A DNA stretch of 25,122 nucleotides, taken from a virus (lineage: Duplodnaviria; Caudoviricetes). The DNA lies in IMG/VR virus record IMGVR_UViG_3300028366_000011, positions 1 to 25,122 of that record; one strand, 5' to 3'. How positions within the stretch are numbered: the first letter of the stretch is position 1; the number at the start of each line of letters is the position of its first letter. The position numbers and the translations under genes were made by a program. The notes beneath the pieces are model-generated. The model was given only the letters and a program-made list of their open reading frames with translations, was not told the origin of the DNA and searched no databases. Positions 17,966 to 25,122 of this stretch are shown one piece after another.

Positions 17966-17984
17966 TAAGCACATCATGCGCCTA
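17966..17984 (-). promoter_or_regulatory. Leader hairpin TAGGCGCA-TGA-TGTGCTTA (conserved motif, copy 2)
   Basis: Core at 17970-17980, about 35 nt upstream of the capsid ATG. 8-bp stem. Flanked by the variants GCAAGACG and GCATGAGG, the latter overlapping the RBS. Confidence 0.75.
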
Positions 17985-18016
17985 GCGTGCGTCTTGCATA
18001 CCATATGTTGTGTCCG

Positions 18017-18041
18017 AAAAAAAGGGGGCTTTGCGCCCCCT
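18017..18041 (-). terminator. Rho-independent terminator
   Basis: AGGGGGC-GCAAA-GCCCCCT followed by a T run (7 T in total). Overlaps the stop of the CsrA-like gene. Confidence 0.85.
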
Positions 18042-18246
18042 AGTCTGCCGGCCCGATTATCACCGCGCGGGGTGGGTCATCGCCGCACGCGTCGATCTCT
18101 TCTGGATCACCGGGTTCATTGCGGATCGACACATGATCCGGGGCCCCGAAGGCGATGCGGACACGCCCGGCGCCGGCGTCCTTGATTTCCAAGGTTATGT
18201 CGCCGATGCGCACCACGTCACTCTTCTTCAACTTCAAAACCAGCAT
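18040..18246 (-). CDS. csrA: CsrA/RsmA-like RNA-binding protein (divergent), 68 aa
   Basis: MLVL...VVRIGDITLEI...VRIAFGAPDHVSIRNE aligns with the CsrA pattern MLIL...LMIGD.V.V.V...VRIGVNAPKEVSVHREE. AAGGA RBS. Confidence 0.75.
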   Translation of the reverse strand: MLVLKLKKSDVVRIGDITLEIKDAGAGRVRIAFGAPDHVSIRNEPGDPEEIDACGDDPPRAVIIGPAD

Positions 18247-18278
18247 GCGGGCGTGTCCTTATGGCAGGGGCTTGAGGG

Positions 18279-19271
18279 TCAGAGGTTCGCCGAAGAGAAC
18301 TCGTCCCGCTCAGCGTCCGACAACTTGGCGATCTCGGCCTCGATATCGTCGGGATGCGCGTTTCGGTCGTTCATCATGCGCTGCAGATATGCGAACTTGC
18401 TGTCCCCCTCGTCGCTGACCTTGGACGCCGGCACGCGGGCGAGGGTCTGCGGCGGTGTATGAAGCTCCTTGCCGTCCTCTTCCTTCTTCGCGGCCTTCTT
18501 CTGCTGCGGCGCGGGGTCTTTCTTCGCCGCCTTCTTGCTGGGCGGCACGTTGGACAGACCAAGGTCTTCGGCGGTAGCTTCAAGCCGGCGATGCGCCAGG
18601 GAAAGCTGTTGCTCGAAACTGAGCTTGGAGTAGGCCGGGTTGCTGGTGACGTCTTTCACCTCGGCGTCGAGGGCCGACATCACCGCCTGGTCGGCCTTGA
18701 GGTCGGGGAACGCCTTGAAGTAGCTCGCGACGGCATTGTCCCATTGCGTTTCTTCGGCGGCGACGCGCTGGCGGTAGGTCGCGCGTTCCTCGATGATGGA
18801 CTCGGCCTGCGTCTGGATCTCGCCTTCCTGCTCCGCAAACTCCTGCTCGTCGATCTCGCCATCGTTGAACTTCTGGAACAGGTCGGTGCGCTTGTCGCGC
18901 AGGTCTTTCATCTGCGCGTCGTGCTGCGGCGTCTGCACCTGCTTGGGATCGCGCGGCTGCGGCGCAGCGGCGTCAGGCTCGGCGGCCTTTTCCGGCTCAG
19001 GATCATCCTCGGCGGCGGCGTCCGCGCCTTCAGCGTCCTCGTCGGAACCATCCTCGTCGCTTTCGTCACCGGACGCGGCCTGCGCCTCGACGTCTTCGGC
19101 AGAGTCATCCTTGTGCGCATGCTCGCGCGCCCAGCCATTGTCGACCCATTGCTGGGTGTCTTCGCCGGTCAGCGATGCGCTGCCGTCGATTTCCTCGCCT
19201 TCGTCAGCCTCAAGCGCCGCGCGCTCTTCGTCGGTGAGAAGTTCGAGATCGTCGTCTTTGTCGTTTGCCAT
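18279..19271 (-). CDS. Probable capsid scaffolding protein, 330 aa
   Basis: Very acidic N-terminus, coiled-coil middle and helical C-terminus. Lies between portal and capsid. AAAGGAG RBS. Confidence 0.7.
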   Translation of the reverse strand: MANDKDDDLELLTDEERAALEADEGEEIDGSASLTGEDTQQWVDNGWAREHAHKDDSAEDVEAQAASGDESDEDGSDEDAEGADAAAEDDPEPEKAAEPDAAAPQPRDPKQVQTPQHDAQMKDLRDKRTDLFQKFNDGEIDEQEFAEQEGEIQTQAESIIEERATYRQRVAAEETQWDNAVASYFKAFPDLKADQAVMSALDAEVKDVTSNPAYSKLSFEQQLSLAHRRLEATAEDLGLSNVPPSKKAAKKDPAPQQKKAAKKEEDGKELHTPPQTLARVPASKVSDEGDSKFAYLQRMMNDRNAHPDDIEAEIAKLSDAERDEFSSANL

Positions 19272-19334
19272 GGTGTTGGCTCCTTTCGTTGGTCAGAGGT
19301 CGTCTAGGCCGCGAGAAAACACGTCAACGGAAGT

Positions 19335-19694
19335 TCACTCGGCGGGATAAGCCAGGCGCCGCACCTGAACGGCCAGCCCATCCAGCCCAAGGATCTCGGG
19401 CAGGGCTTCCAGCAGGTCCGTCGCGTCGGTGAAAGCGTGCCGACGGTCGGGATAGCACCGGGGGTCTTTCGCCCCTTCCTCGACGATGTACCCGCCGTTT
19501 GCCGCAGCGATGTTGTGCGTGCCATGCACGATCATAGACCCGTCGTGCCGGCGCGCGATCGTCAGAAGCTCGACGGGTTCGGATGCCATGGTGCCCTCCA
19601 TGACATCCGAGGGGGAGAACAGTTGCCCCTCCGGCGCATTGAAGTGCACCGGATCGCCGGTCAGGCTCACGATCTTGTCGTCGTGGTCGCTCAT
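19335..19694 (-). CDS. Hypothetical protein, 119 aa
   Basis: Start reassigned to ATG 19694 (ATGA overlap with the upstream stop, GGAAGG upstream). Begins MSDHDDKIVSL. Confidence 0.65.
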   Translation of the reverse strand: MSDHDDKIVSLTGDPVHFNAPEGQLFSPSDVMEGTMASEPVELLTIARRHDGSMIVHGTHNIAAANGGYIVEEGAKDPRCYPDRRHAFTDATDLLEALPEILGLDGLAVQVRRLAYPAE

Positions 19695-20173
19695 TTCGCG
19701 CCACCTTCCGCCGAATGGCGCTTGGCGCTCATGCCGTGCTTGGCCGCGATCTGCCGCTTCATCGGGCTGGCCCAATCGGGCAGCATGAGAAGAACGGCGA
19801 TTTGGTCGCCCTGCTTCTCCGGGTCGCCGATCTCCCTGCACGCGCTGCCGGGGTATTTCCCCTCGGGCAGAAGATCCCATCGCCCGACGCGCACGCTGAC
19901 GGAGCCCTTGATCCCGCCCTTGATCACGTTGTCGCCTTCTGCGCAGAGGCGGATCTGTGCGCGGCCCTCGTCCTGCCCGCGACCGATGAGAAGCTCCATG
20001 CGGTCCGTCTCGGGGTTGATGGCGCGTCCGAACAGGCGGTTCTGCGTTTCTGCGTTGAACGTGAGGCGCACGACTGCCAGCCGCGTCTTGCTGACTTCAC
20101 TGAGAGACATGGAGATCCCCGTGGCGGCGGCTTTGCTCGCGGTGGCGATCTTCGGGGCTGGCGTAAATCCCAT
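19691..20173 (-). CDS. Hypothetical protein, 160 aa
   Basis: AAAGGA RBS. Co-oriented with the operon and coupled to the next gene. Confidence 0.75.
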   Translation of the reverse strand: MGFTPAPKIATASKAAATGISMSLSEVSKTRLAVVRLTFNAETQNRLFGRAINPETDRMELLIGRGQDEGRAQIRLCAEGDNVIKGGIKGSVSVRVGRWDLLPEGKYPGSACREIGDPEKQGDQIAVLLMLPDWASPMKRQIAAKHGMSAKRHSAEGGAK

Positions 20174-20185
20174 GGTCGTATCCTT

Positions 20186-20198
20186 TCACATCATGCGA
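20186..20198 (-). promoter_or_regulatory. Leader hairpin TCGCA-TGA-TGTGA (conserved motif, copy 1)
   Basis: Core at 20187-20197, directly abutting the AAAGGA RBS of the gene starting at 20173. Confidence 0.7.
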
Positions 20199-20221
20199 CA
20201 AGTTGGGTTGGTGGTCCGGGG

Positions 20222-22561
20222 CTAGTAGGTGCCCATCGGGTCGGCGGGTTGCGGGGCAGGCGGCTGCATCTGCTGCGGTGCCGGCTGCGGCGCGGGTTGA
20301 GGCGGTTGGGACATCGGGGCGCCTTGTCCCTGCCCGGCGGGCCCGGGCTGATACCCGGACTCGTCCAGCACGCTGTCGGCCACGCTGTTGAGCGCGGGCG
20401 AACCGAGGATCTGTGCGGCGGCCTCCATCGCCTTGATCTGCGTCTCGACGTTCTGACCGGCGACTTTCGAAAGGATCTCGCGAATGTTGGCGATGACCTT
20501 GGCGCCCTCGGCCCCGGTCTTTTCGGCTTCGGCAGCCTTCTTCTTCGCCTCGGCCTCCTTGGTCTCGACCTCGGCATTGGCAAGGCGGCCTTGCATCTCG
20601 GCCTCGGCCTCTTTCTGCTGGTTCCGCTTGATGGTTTCCTCGTCGGGGTTGTTCGGATCGGCGTCGGGGTCTTCCTGCCCGGTGATCTTGCGGATTCGCT
20701 TCACCAGTTCTTCCTGCTGCGGCAGGTCCATCACTTCGACGACGAGATCGAGCAACGACATGACCAGTTCCGGGCTCACTGACCCGAGTTGCGTCATGAA
20801 CTCGATCAGCTGGTCGACCTGCGATTGGCGCATGGTGGCCTTCCAGTCTTCCTCACTGATGATGAAGTCGGCCTTGGTTCTGACGATATCGCTTTCGGGC
20901 AGGATGGCGCCGGTCTCCGGGTCCATCTCGTTGACCTTGGGAAACTCCGGGTTGCCGCGCATGTTGGTGATGCGGAACTGGCGTTCCTCCGACATGAACT
21001 GCTCGACGAGAGACAGCATCTTGGCCCCGTGCGCCTGCCGGGCGAGCCGCAGGTTGTCGAAGATCGACGCGGTGGCCAGCGACCCCTGATCCTGACGCGC
21101 GATGATTGCCTTGCCCGAGGTGGCGTTGGTGGTGCGGCCAAGGTTCTCGTCGGTGATCCCGGATAGCTGCTGGATCATCTCGATCGACCGGCTCATGAGG
21201 TCAAGATGCGCGGGGGCAAGCTCGCGGTCGACATTGAACTCCAGATACTTGCCCGGATTCTTCACGATGGTCGCGTCGGCGCGGGCGATCTCTTCCTGGA
21301 ACTCGTCGAGATCGTCGACGGCGCCCTTGTCCATCACGGTCTTGTTGCTGGACAGGATATGCAGGGCCTTGGACGCGCGCTTGTTAATATCCTCCTGCGG
21401 CCCGCGCATCGCGCGCACCACGCCATATGGCAGGTTGTTCTTGCCGCGGCGGTAGCACCAGATCGGCGTGAACGGGAACTGGTTGTGGCGGTATGGGCTC
21501 TTTGCCATGTAGAGCAAGCCATCCTCGGCCATGATGACCACATGCATGCGCATGCGCACCTTGGTCAGCACCGATGCGCGGTTGCGCTCGATCTCGGCGC
21601 GGTGGCCGCGGCTGCGCGGGTCGAATATCTCACCGCCGAATTGCCCGCCGCGCATGAACCGCTCTTCGGTCGGGATGCGCACCCAGCCCTCGATCAAGCG
21701 GACACGCGCGCGCTCCGAGATATGCCCGTCATAGCCGCCATGGACGTTGGTGTGGCTCCATTCTTCTTCGGCGGCGTCCATCTGCTCATCCCCGGCGCCG
21801 TCGAGGCTGGCGGTATAGGTCAGCGCCGTGCTGGCCGATCGGTCAATGACTGCCTTGCGCTCGGGAAACATGGTCTTGGCGATATCGACATCGACCCATT
21901 TGGTCCGAAAAAGATACCGGCCATCGGACAGGTCCATCTCGGTCGCCATGCTGTCATAGATCATGTTCCGCCATGTTTCGTAGCGGTCATAGATCGCTTC
22001 GCCCTCGTCATCCTCCTGGATGCCGGACTCGATCCAGCCAAGCCCGGGGATTACGGTATCCTTGAACGCGCGGCTGACATGGAACTCTGACTTGTTGACG
22101 TCGGACAGGTACTTGAGAAGCTGGCTCTTGCGCTCGGCTGCTTTGCCGCCTTCCTCGCGCCGGGGCAGGATCTTGTAATCCGTGCGGCCCCGCTTTTCGG
22201 TGCCCAGCATCCAGTTCACAGTGGTCGAGATGACGTTGTAGACCAGAGGGTGCTGGCCGCGGGCCTCGAGCGTCGCCTTGTCTTCCGCGTCCCACTGGTC
22301 GCCGTCGTAGAAATCCTCGTCGAGCCCCATTTCGTTGCGGTTCTCGCCCTGGCGCTCGATCTCGCGCCGGTAATGCCCCATGAAATTGGTGAAGAGATCG
22401 CGGGCGCGCGGGCTGTCGAGATCCTTGGACTTCCCGAGGCGCTGGACGCGCTTCTCGTCAATGCCGCCGCCGAAATCCATGCGGTCGAGCGGATCGGCAT
22501 TGCGCTTCCGCCTGGACGTGATGTGATTGCGGTTCTCGGGCTGATCTTCGGTTTCAAACAT
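20222..22561 (-). CDS. Portal protein (P22-like), 779 aa
   Basis: DFYDGDQW, RGQHPLVYNVI, PYRHNQFPFTP, YGVVR..RGPQEDINKR and SGKAIIARQDQG. C-terminal coiled-coil barrel and P/Q tail. Confidence 0.9.
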   Translation of the reverse strand: MFETEDQPENRNHITSRRKRNADPLDRMDFGGGIDEKRVQRLGKSKDLDSPRARDLFTNFMGHYRREIERQGENRNEMGLDEDFYDGDQWDAEDKATLEARGQHPLVYNVISTTVNWMLGTEKRGRTDYKILPRREEGGKAAERKSQLLKYLSDVNKSEFHVSRAFKDTVIPGLGWIESGIQEDDEGEAIYDRYETWRNMIYDSMATEMDLSDGRYLFRTKWVDVDIAKTMFPERKAVIDRSASTALTYTASLDGAGDEQMDAAEEEWSHTNVHGGYDGHISERARVRLIEGWVRIPTEERFMRGGQFGGEIFDPRSRGHRAEIERNRASVLTKVRMRMHVVIMAEDGLLYMAKSPYRHNQFPFTPIWCYRRGKNNLPYGVVRAMRGPQEDINKRASKALHILSSNKTVMDKGAVDDLDEFQEEIARADATIVKNPGKYLEFNVDRELAPAHLDLMSRSIEMIQQLSGITDENLGRTTNATSGKAIIARQDQGSLATASIFDNLRLARQAHGAKMLSLVEQFMSEERQFRITNMRGNPEFPKVNEMDPETGAILPESDIVRTKADFIISEEDWKATMRQSQVDQLIEFMTQLGSVSPELVMSLLDLVVEVMDLPQQEELVKRIRKITGQEDPDADPNNPDEETIKRNQQKEAEAEMQGRLANAEVETKEAEAKKKAAEAEKTGAEGAKVIANIREILSKVAGQNVETQIKAMEAAAQILGSPALNSVADSVLDESGYQPGPAGQGQGAPMSQPPQPAPQPAPQQMQPPAPQPADPMGTY

Positions 22562-22991
22562 GGTCCACGGCCTCCGCTTCGGTCGTTTTGCCTGTGTCCG
22601 TGTCGGTGATCAGCACGTCGGCGACGACTTCCCGCTGATCTGCGGGGAACATCGGCATGCGCAGCAGGTCGCCGAGGCAATCGCGCACGACGGACGTGAC
22701 CTTGATCACGTTGCGCATCTCCATGGGGTTCATCCCGAGACCGGCGGCGAACTGAAAGCTCATGGCGGCGGTCTCGGCGGCGTCGCCTGTGACCTCGTCC
22801 CATGCGAAGGCGATATCGAGCGGCACGATGCAGGGCATGGTGCGCTCATGCGTGGGCATGATCTTCGTCGGTACGAGAACCATGCACGGGCGCTGGTTGG
22901 ACAGCAGCCAGGTGAAGATCACGGTGATATCGCCGCGCACCAGCGTCTTGTGGCGCAGGTCGAGGTCGAGAATGGGCTCTGAATCGGTCAT
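22554..22991 (-). CDS. Hypothetical protein between terminase and portal, 145 aa
   Basis: Overlaps both neighbours (4 and 8 nt), consistent with translational coupling. Confidence 0.8.
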   Translation of the reverse strand: MTDSEPILDLDLRHKTLVRGDITVIFTWLLSNQRPCMVLVPTKIMPTHERTMPCIVPLDIAFAWDEVTGDAAETAAMSFQFAAGLGMNPMEMRNVIKVTSVVRDCLGDLLRMPMFPADQREVVADVLITDTDTGKTTEAEAVDHV

Positions 22992-25122
22992 ACGGTCAAT
23001 GCGCCTCCTTGCCGCCGGCGCTTGGGCCGGGTCGCACCTGAGAACAGTGCAGGGTCATAGCCTTGCGCCCACTGGCGCAGCGCGTCCGCGGCTTCGGAAT
23101 GTCCATCCAGTTTTTCGGGTTCGTCCGAGAACACGCCAAGGCGCGCGTTCCATTTCTTCTTGTAGAGCTCGACGTGTTTCAGCCCGGCTTCGCAGTCTGC
23201 GCCCGAGCCATCGACGTTGAACCAGGCTTCGGGGAACTTGTCGCGCACCATCTGGACGCCGTTGGTGATGTGATCGACGCGCGGGACGATCTGGAAATTC
23301 CAGTCCGGGGCGATCTCCTGCAGCAGCATCAACGGGCTGGCGACGCGGTTTTCCATCTGGCGCTCGTGGTTGGCGTCGTGCGGCAGGTAATGCACTCCGA
23401 AGTTCCAGCCGGTTTCGCGCAGCAGGCGCACGAAATGCCCGTAGCCTTGCGCCCAATCCTCGAAGTAGCGAATGAAGCGGTGGCGCGTGCCGACGTCCTG
23501 CATTGCCCAGATACCCGTGCCGTCGCCTGCGCCGATGTCCCAGAAGGTGTGCACAGGGACGTTGTTGACGTGTGGGATCTGGCAGATGCGGCCTTGCGCG
23601 CGCGCTGCAGCGATCTGCGGGGCGTACCATGTGCCCTGCGTGCTTTGCTGCCAGCACTCGGCGGGCGTCGACGGGTATTCCCGCCACATCTTTTCGGTGT
23701 CGCCGTTCTGCTCGTTTTCGAGCGTCATGATGTACCAGGCGCGCTGTGGCAGGATCAGGCGCTTGTTGCGCTCGATCTCGACCTGATCGAAGTAATCGTG
23801 CCATTCGGGCGCAATGCGCACATGGCGCGGATCGGTCTGGTATTCCGGCAGATCGTGCCATGCGAAGAAGTGAAACTTCATTTCCTTCGGCGCAAGCGGG
23901 CGCGGATCGAGGGCGCGGCGCTCGGCGCGGGTTGCTATCTTGTGGAACTCGCCTTCCTGCCCCTCTGCGGTGCTTTCAATGCTGGCGATGCCCGATGCCG
24001 GTACTGCGGCCAGCGAACCGGTGACGATCTCGACGGCCTTGCCCGGATGCTCGGCGGCGATCTTGCCCATCTCCGAGACGTGCAGGCGGTGGATCGTGCC
24101 TGACCGCATGGACGTGGCAACGCGGATCGACGAGTTGTTCTTGAAAAGGATCTCGCTCGTGTTGCTCGTCTGGATCGGATAGAGGTCTTTCACGATCTGC
24201 GGCAGGTTGTCGTAAGCGAACTTCGCCTTGTCGCGGAAGAACGATTCCGCATGCGGCAGCGACTGCGCGATGATCCCGCACCTCTGGTTGTCGTTGAAGA
24301 TGGCGTGATCGGTGAATGAGATCACGATCACCGTCGTGTTGTGGCTGACCATCCCCTCGGCGATGAACGTGCCGGTGCTGGTCTCCAGCGCGATCATGTC
24401 GACCTCACCGACCGGCTCGATGGAGACGATCTCGTTCCAAGCGGCGTTGTCCATGTTCCTCTTGCCGGGCATTTCCTTGCCCTCCCAAAACCGGAAGCTG
24501 CGCTGCAATCCGCGCGTCGGGCGTGTCTCTCCGATCAGACGAAACAATTCATTCGTGCGGCTGAACACCAGCTTGGGAACCGGCGTTGTGCCGTGCTTGG
24601 ACTCGCGCTGCCCTTCATCGTGTTCAATGCGATAGTGGTACTGCCTGTCCTGCGCATACGAGACCATGCGATCCCATACGGGTCCGGGGCGCTGCGACAC
24701 GCATACCGACGCACCAGACCGAGACGGCAGCGACAGACTGCCTTCCCCATCAATCATGCCGCCAAACCATCCATCTTCGAACTGTCCGGCTTCCCATGGC
24801 ACGCAGATAGAGCGCACCTGATGCCCTACGGTTAGATTGCGCTCTGCGTTCGGCGCCTTCCGGTCCATTGCCCGCCAGAACGGTTGCCTTTTCACTCCAC
24901 TGCGAGCCAGCCATGGGTGTTGATCCGTGCAAACGACTGCCCGGCCATCCGCAAACTGGACGCGATATCCGTAGCGCCGAACCTTTTTGCATGCTTGCAC
25001 CGTTGCCGTGCGCATCTTTCGGGCCGCGCCACGGCCGCCTGGCACATGTTCATCGACGCCAATGACCTCGTCACCAGGTTGAAGGGTGTCGATGCGGACC
25101 CACTGCAAATCGGCGGTCACAA
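22988..25122 (-). CDS. terL: Terminase large subunit (intein-containing; 5' end outside window)
   Basis: The C-extein has Walker B LHVSE, coupling motif ESTAEG, and nuclease motifs FWDIG and SEAADALR. The true start lies beyond the window. Confidence 0.92.
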   Translation of the reverse strand, partial: VTADLQWVRIDTLQPGDEVIGVDEHVPGGRGAARKMRTATVQACKKVRRYGYRVQFADGRAVVCTDQHPWLARSGVKRQPFWRAMDRKAPNAERNLTVGHQVRSICVPWEAGQFEDGWFGGMIDGEGSLSLPSRSGASVCVSQRPGPVWDRMVSYAQDRQYHYRIEHDEGQRESKHGTTPVPKLVFSRTNELFRLIGETRPTRGLQRSFRFWEGKEMPGKRNMDNAAWNEIVSIEPVGEVDMIALETSTGTFIAEGMVSHNTTVIVISFTDHAIFNDNQRCGIIAQSLPHAESFFRDKAKFAYDNLPQIVKDLYPIQTSNTSEILFKNNSSIRVATSMRSGTIHRLHVSEMGKIAAEHPGKAVEIVTGSLAAVPASGIASIESTAEGQEGEFHKIATRAERRALDPRPLAPKEMKFHFFAWHDLPEYQTDPRHVRIAPEWHDYFDQVEIERNKRLILPQRAWYIMTLENEQNGDTEKMWREYPSTPAECWQQSTQGTWYAPQIAAARAQGRICQIPHVNNVPVHTFWDIGAGDGTGIWAMQDVGTRHRFIRYFEDWAQGYGHFVRLLRETGWNFGVHYLPHDANHERQMENRVASPLMLLQEIAPDWNFQIVPRVDHITNGVQMVRDKFPEAWFNVDGSGADCEAGLKHVELYKKKWNARLGVFSDEPEKLDGHSEAADALRQWAQGYDPALFSGATRPKRRRQGGALTV
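24338..25122 (-). mobile_element. Intein with LAGLIDADG homing endonuclease motif
   Basis: N-terminal block ..TADLQWVRIDTLQPGDEV, block B CTDQHPWL, LAGLIDADG-like WFGGMIDGEGS, and C-terminal LETSTGTFIAEGMVSHN followed by Thr(+1) at 24337-24335. Confidence 0.92.

Noticed and set aside
19695-19880. Upstream extension of the 19335 ORF to 181 aa
   Set aside because: It overlaps the 160-aa gene extensively. ATG 19694 has an RBS and ATGA coupling.
25118-25120. GTG given as the terminase start in the ORF track
   Set aside because: It lies inside the intein N-terminal block. The real start is outside the window.

Overview
This window is the virion-morphogenesis region of a high-GC tailed phage or prophage with podovirus-like organisation. 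All credible genes are on the minus strand. From right to left they are: intein-containing terminase large subunit (truncated at the edge), a hypothetical gene, P22-like portal, two small hypotheticals, probable scaffold, a divergent CsrA/RsmA-like gene, N4-gp56-type major capsid protein, capsid/neck/tail-tube genes, a repeat-rich tail fibre, a DUF4376-like gene, a QueC-like PP-loop enzyme, a DDxxD protein, three probable ejection proteins (one with an S74 chaperone domain, one with a SleB-like hydrolase) and a giant polyvalent/DarB-like ORF. The giant ORF has an InPase-like domain, runs off the left edge and is missing from the ORF track. The most notable signal is a candidate post-transcriptional control system. 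An 11-nt core, CGCAWGATGTG, occurs in four intergenic leaders, each time inside a hairpin whose outer pairs differ but stay complementary. It is a one-base variant of the CsrA site CAGGAUG, and it co-occurs with a CsrA-like protein altered at RNA-contacting residues and a candidate ~90-nt sRNA. Other signals are an R-S-[IV]-[AMF] motif shared by all four ejection-type proteins and two candidate modifying enzymes next to them. All family assignments come from motif recognition by eye; no database search was run.
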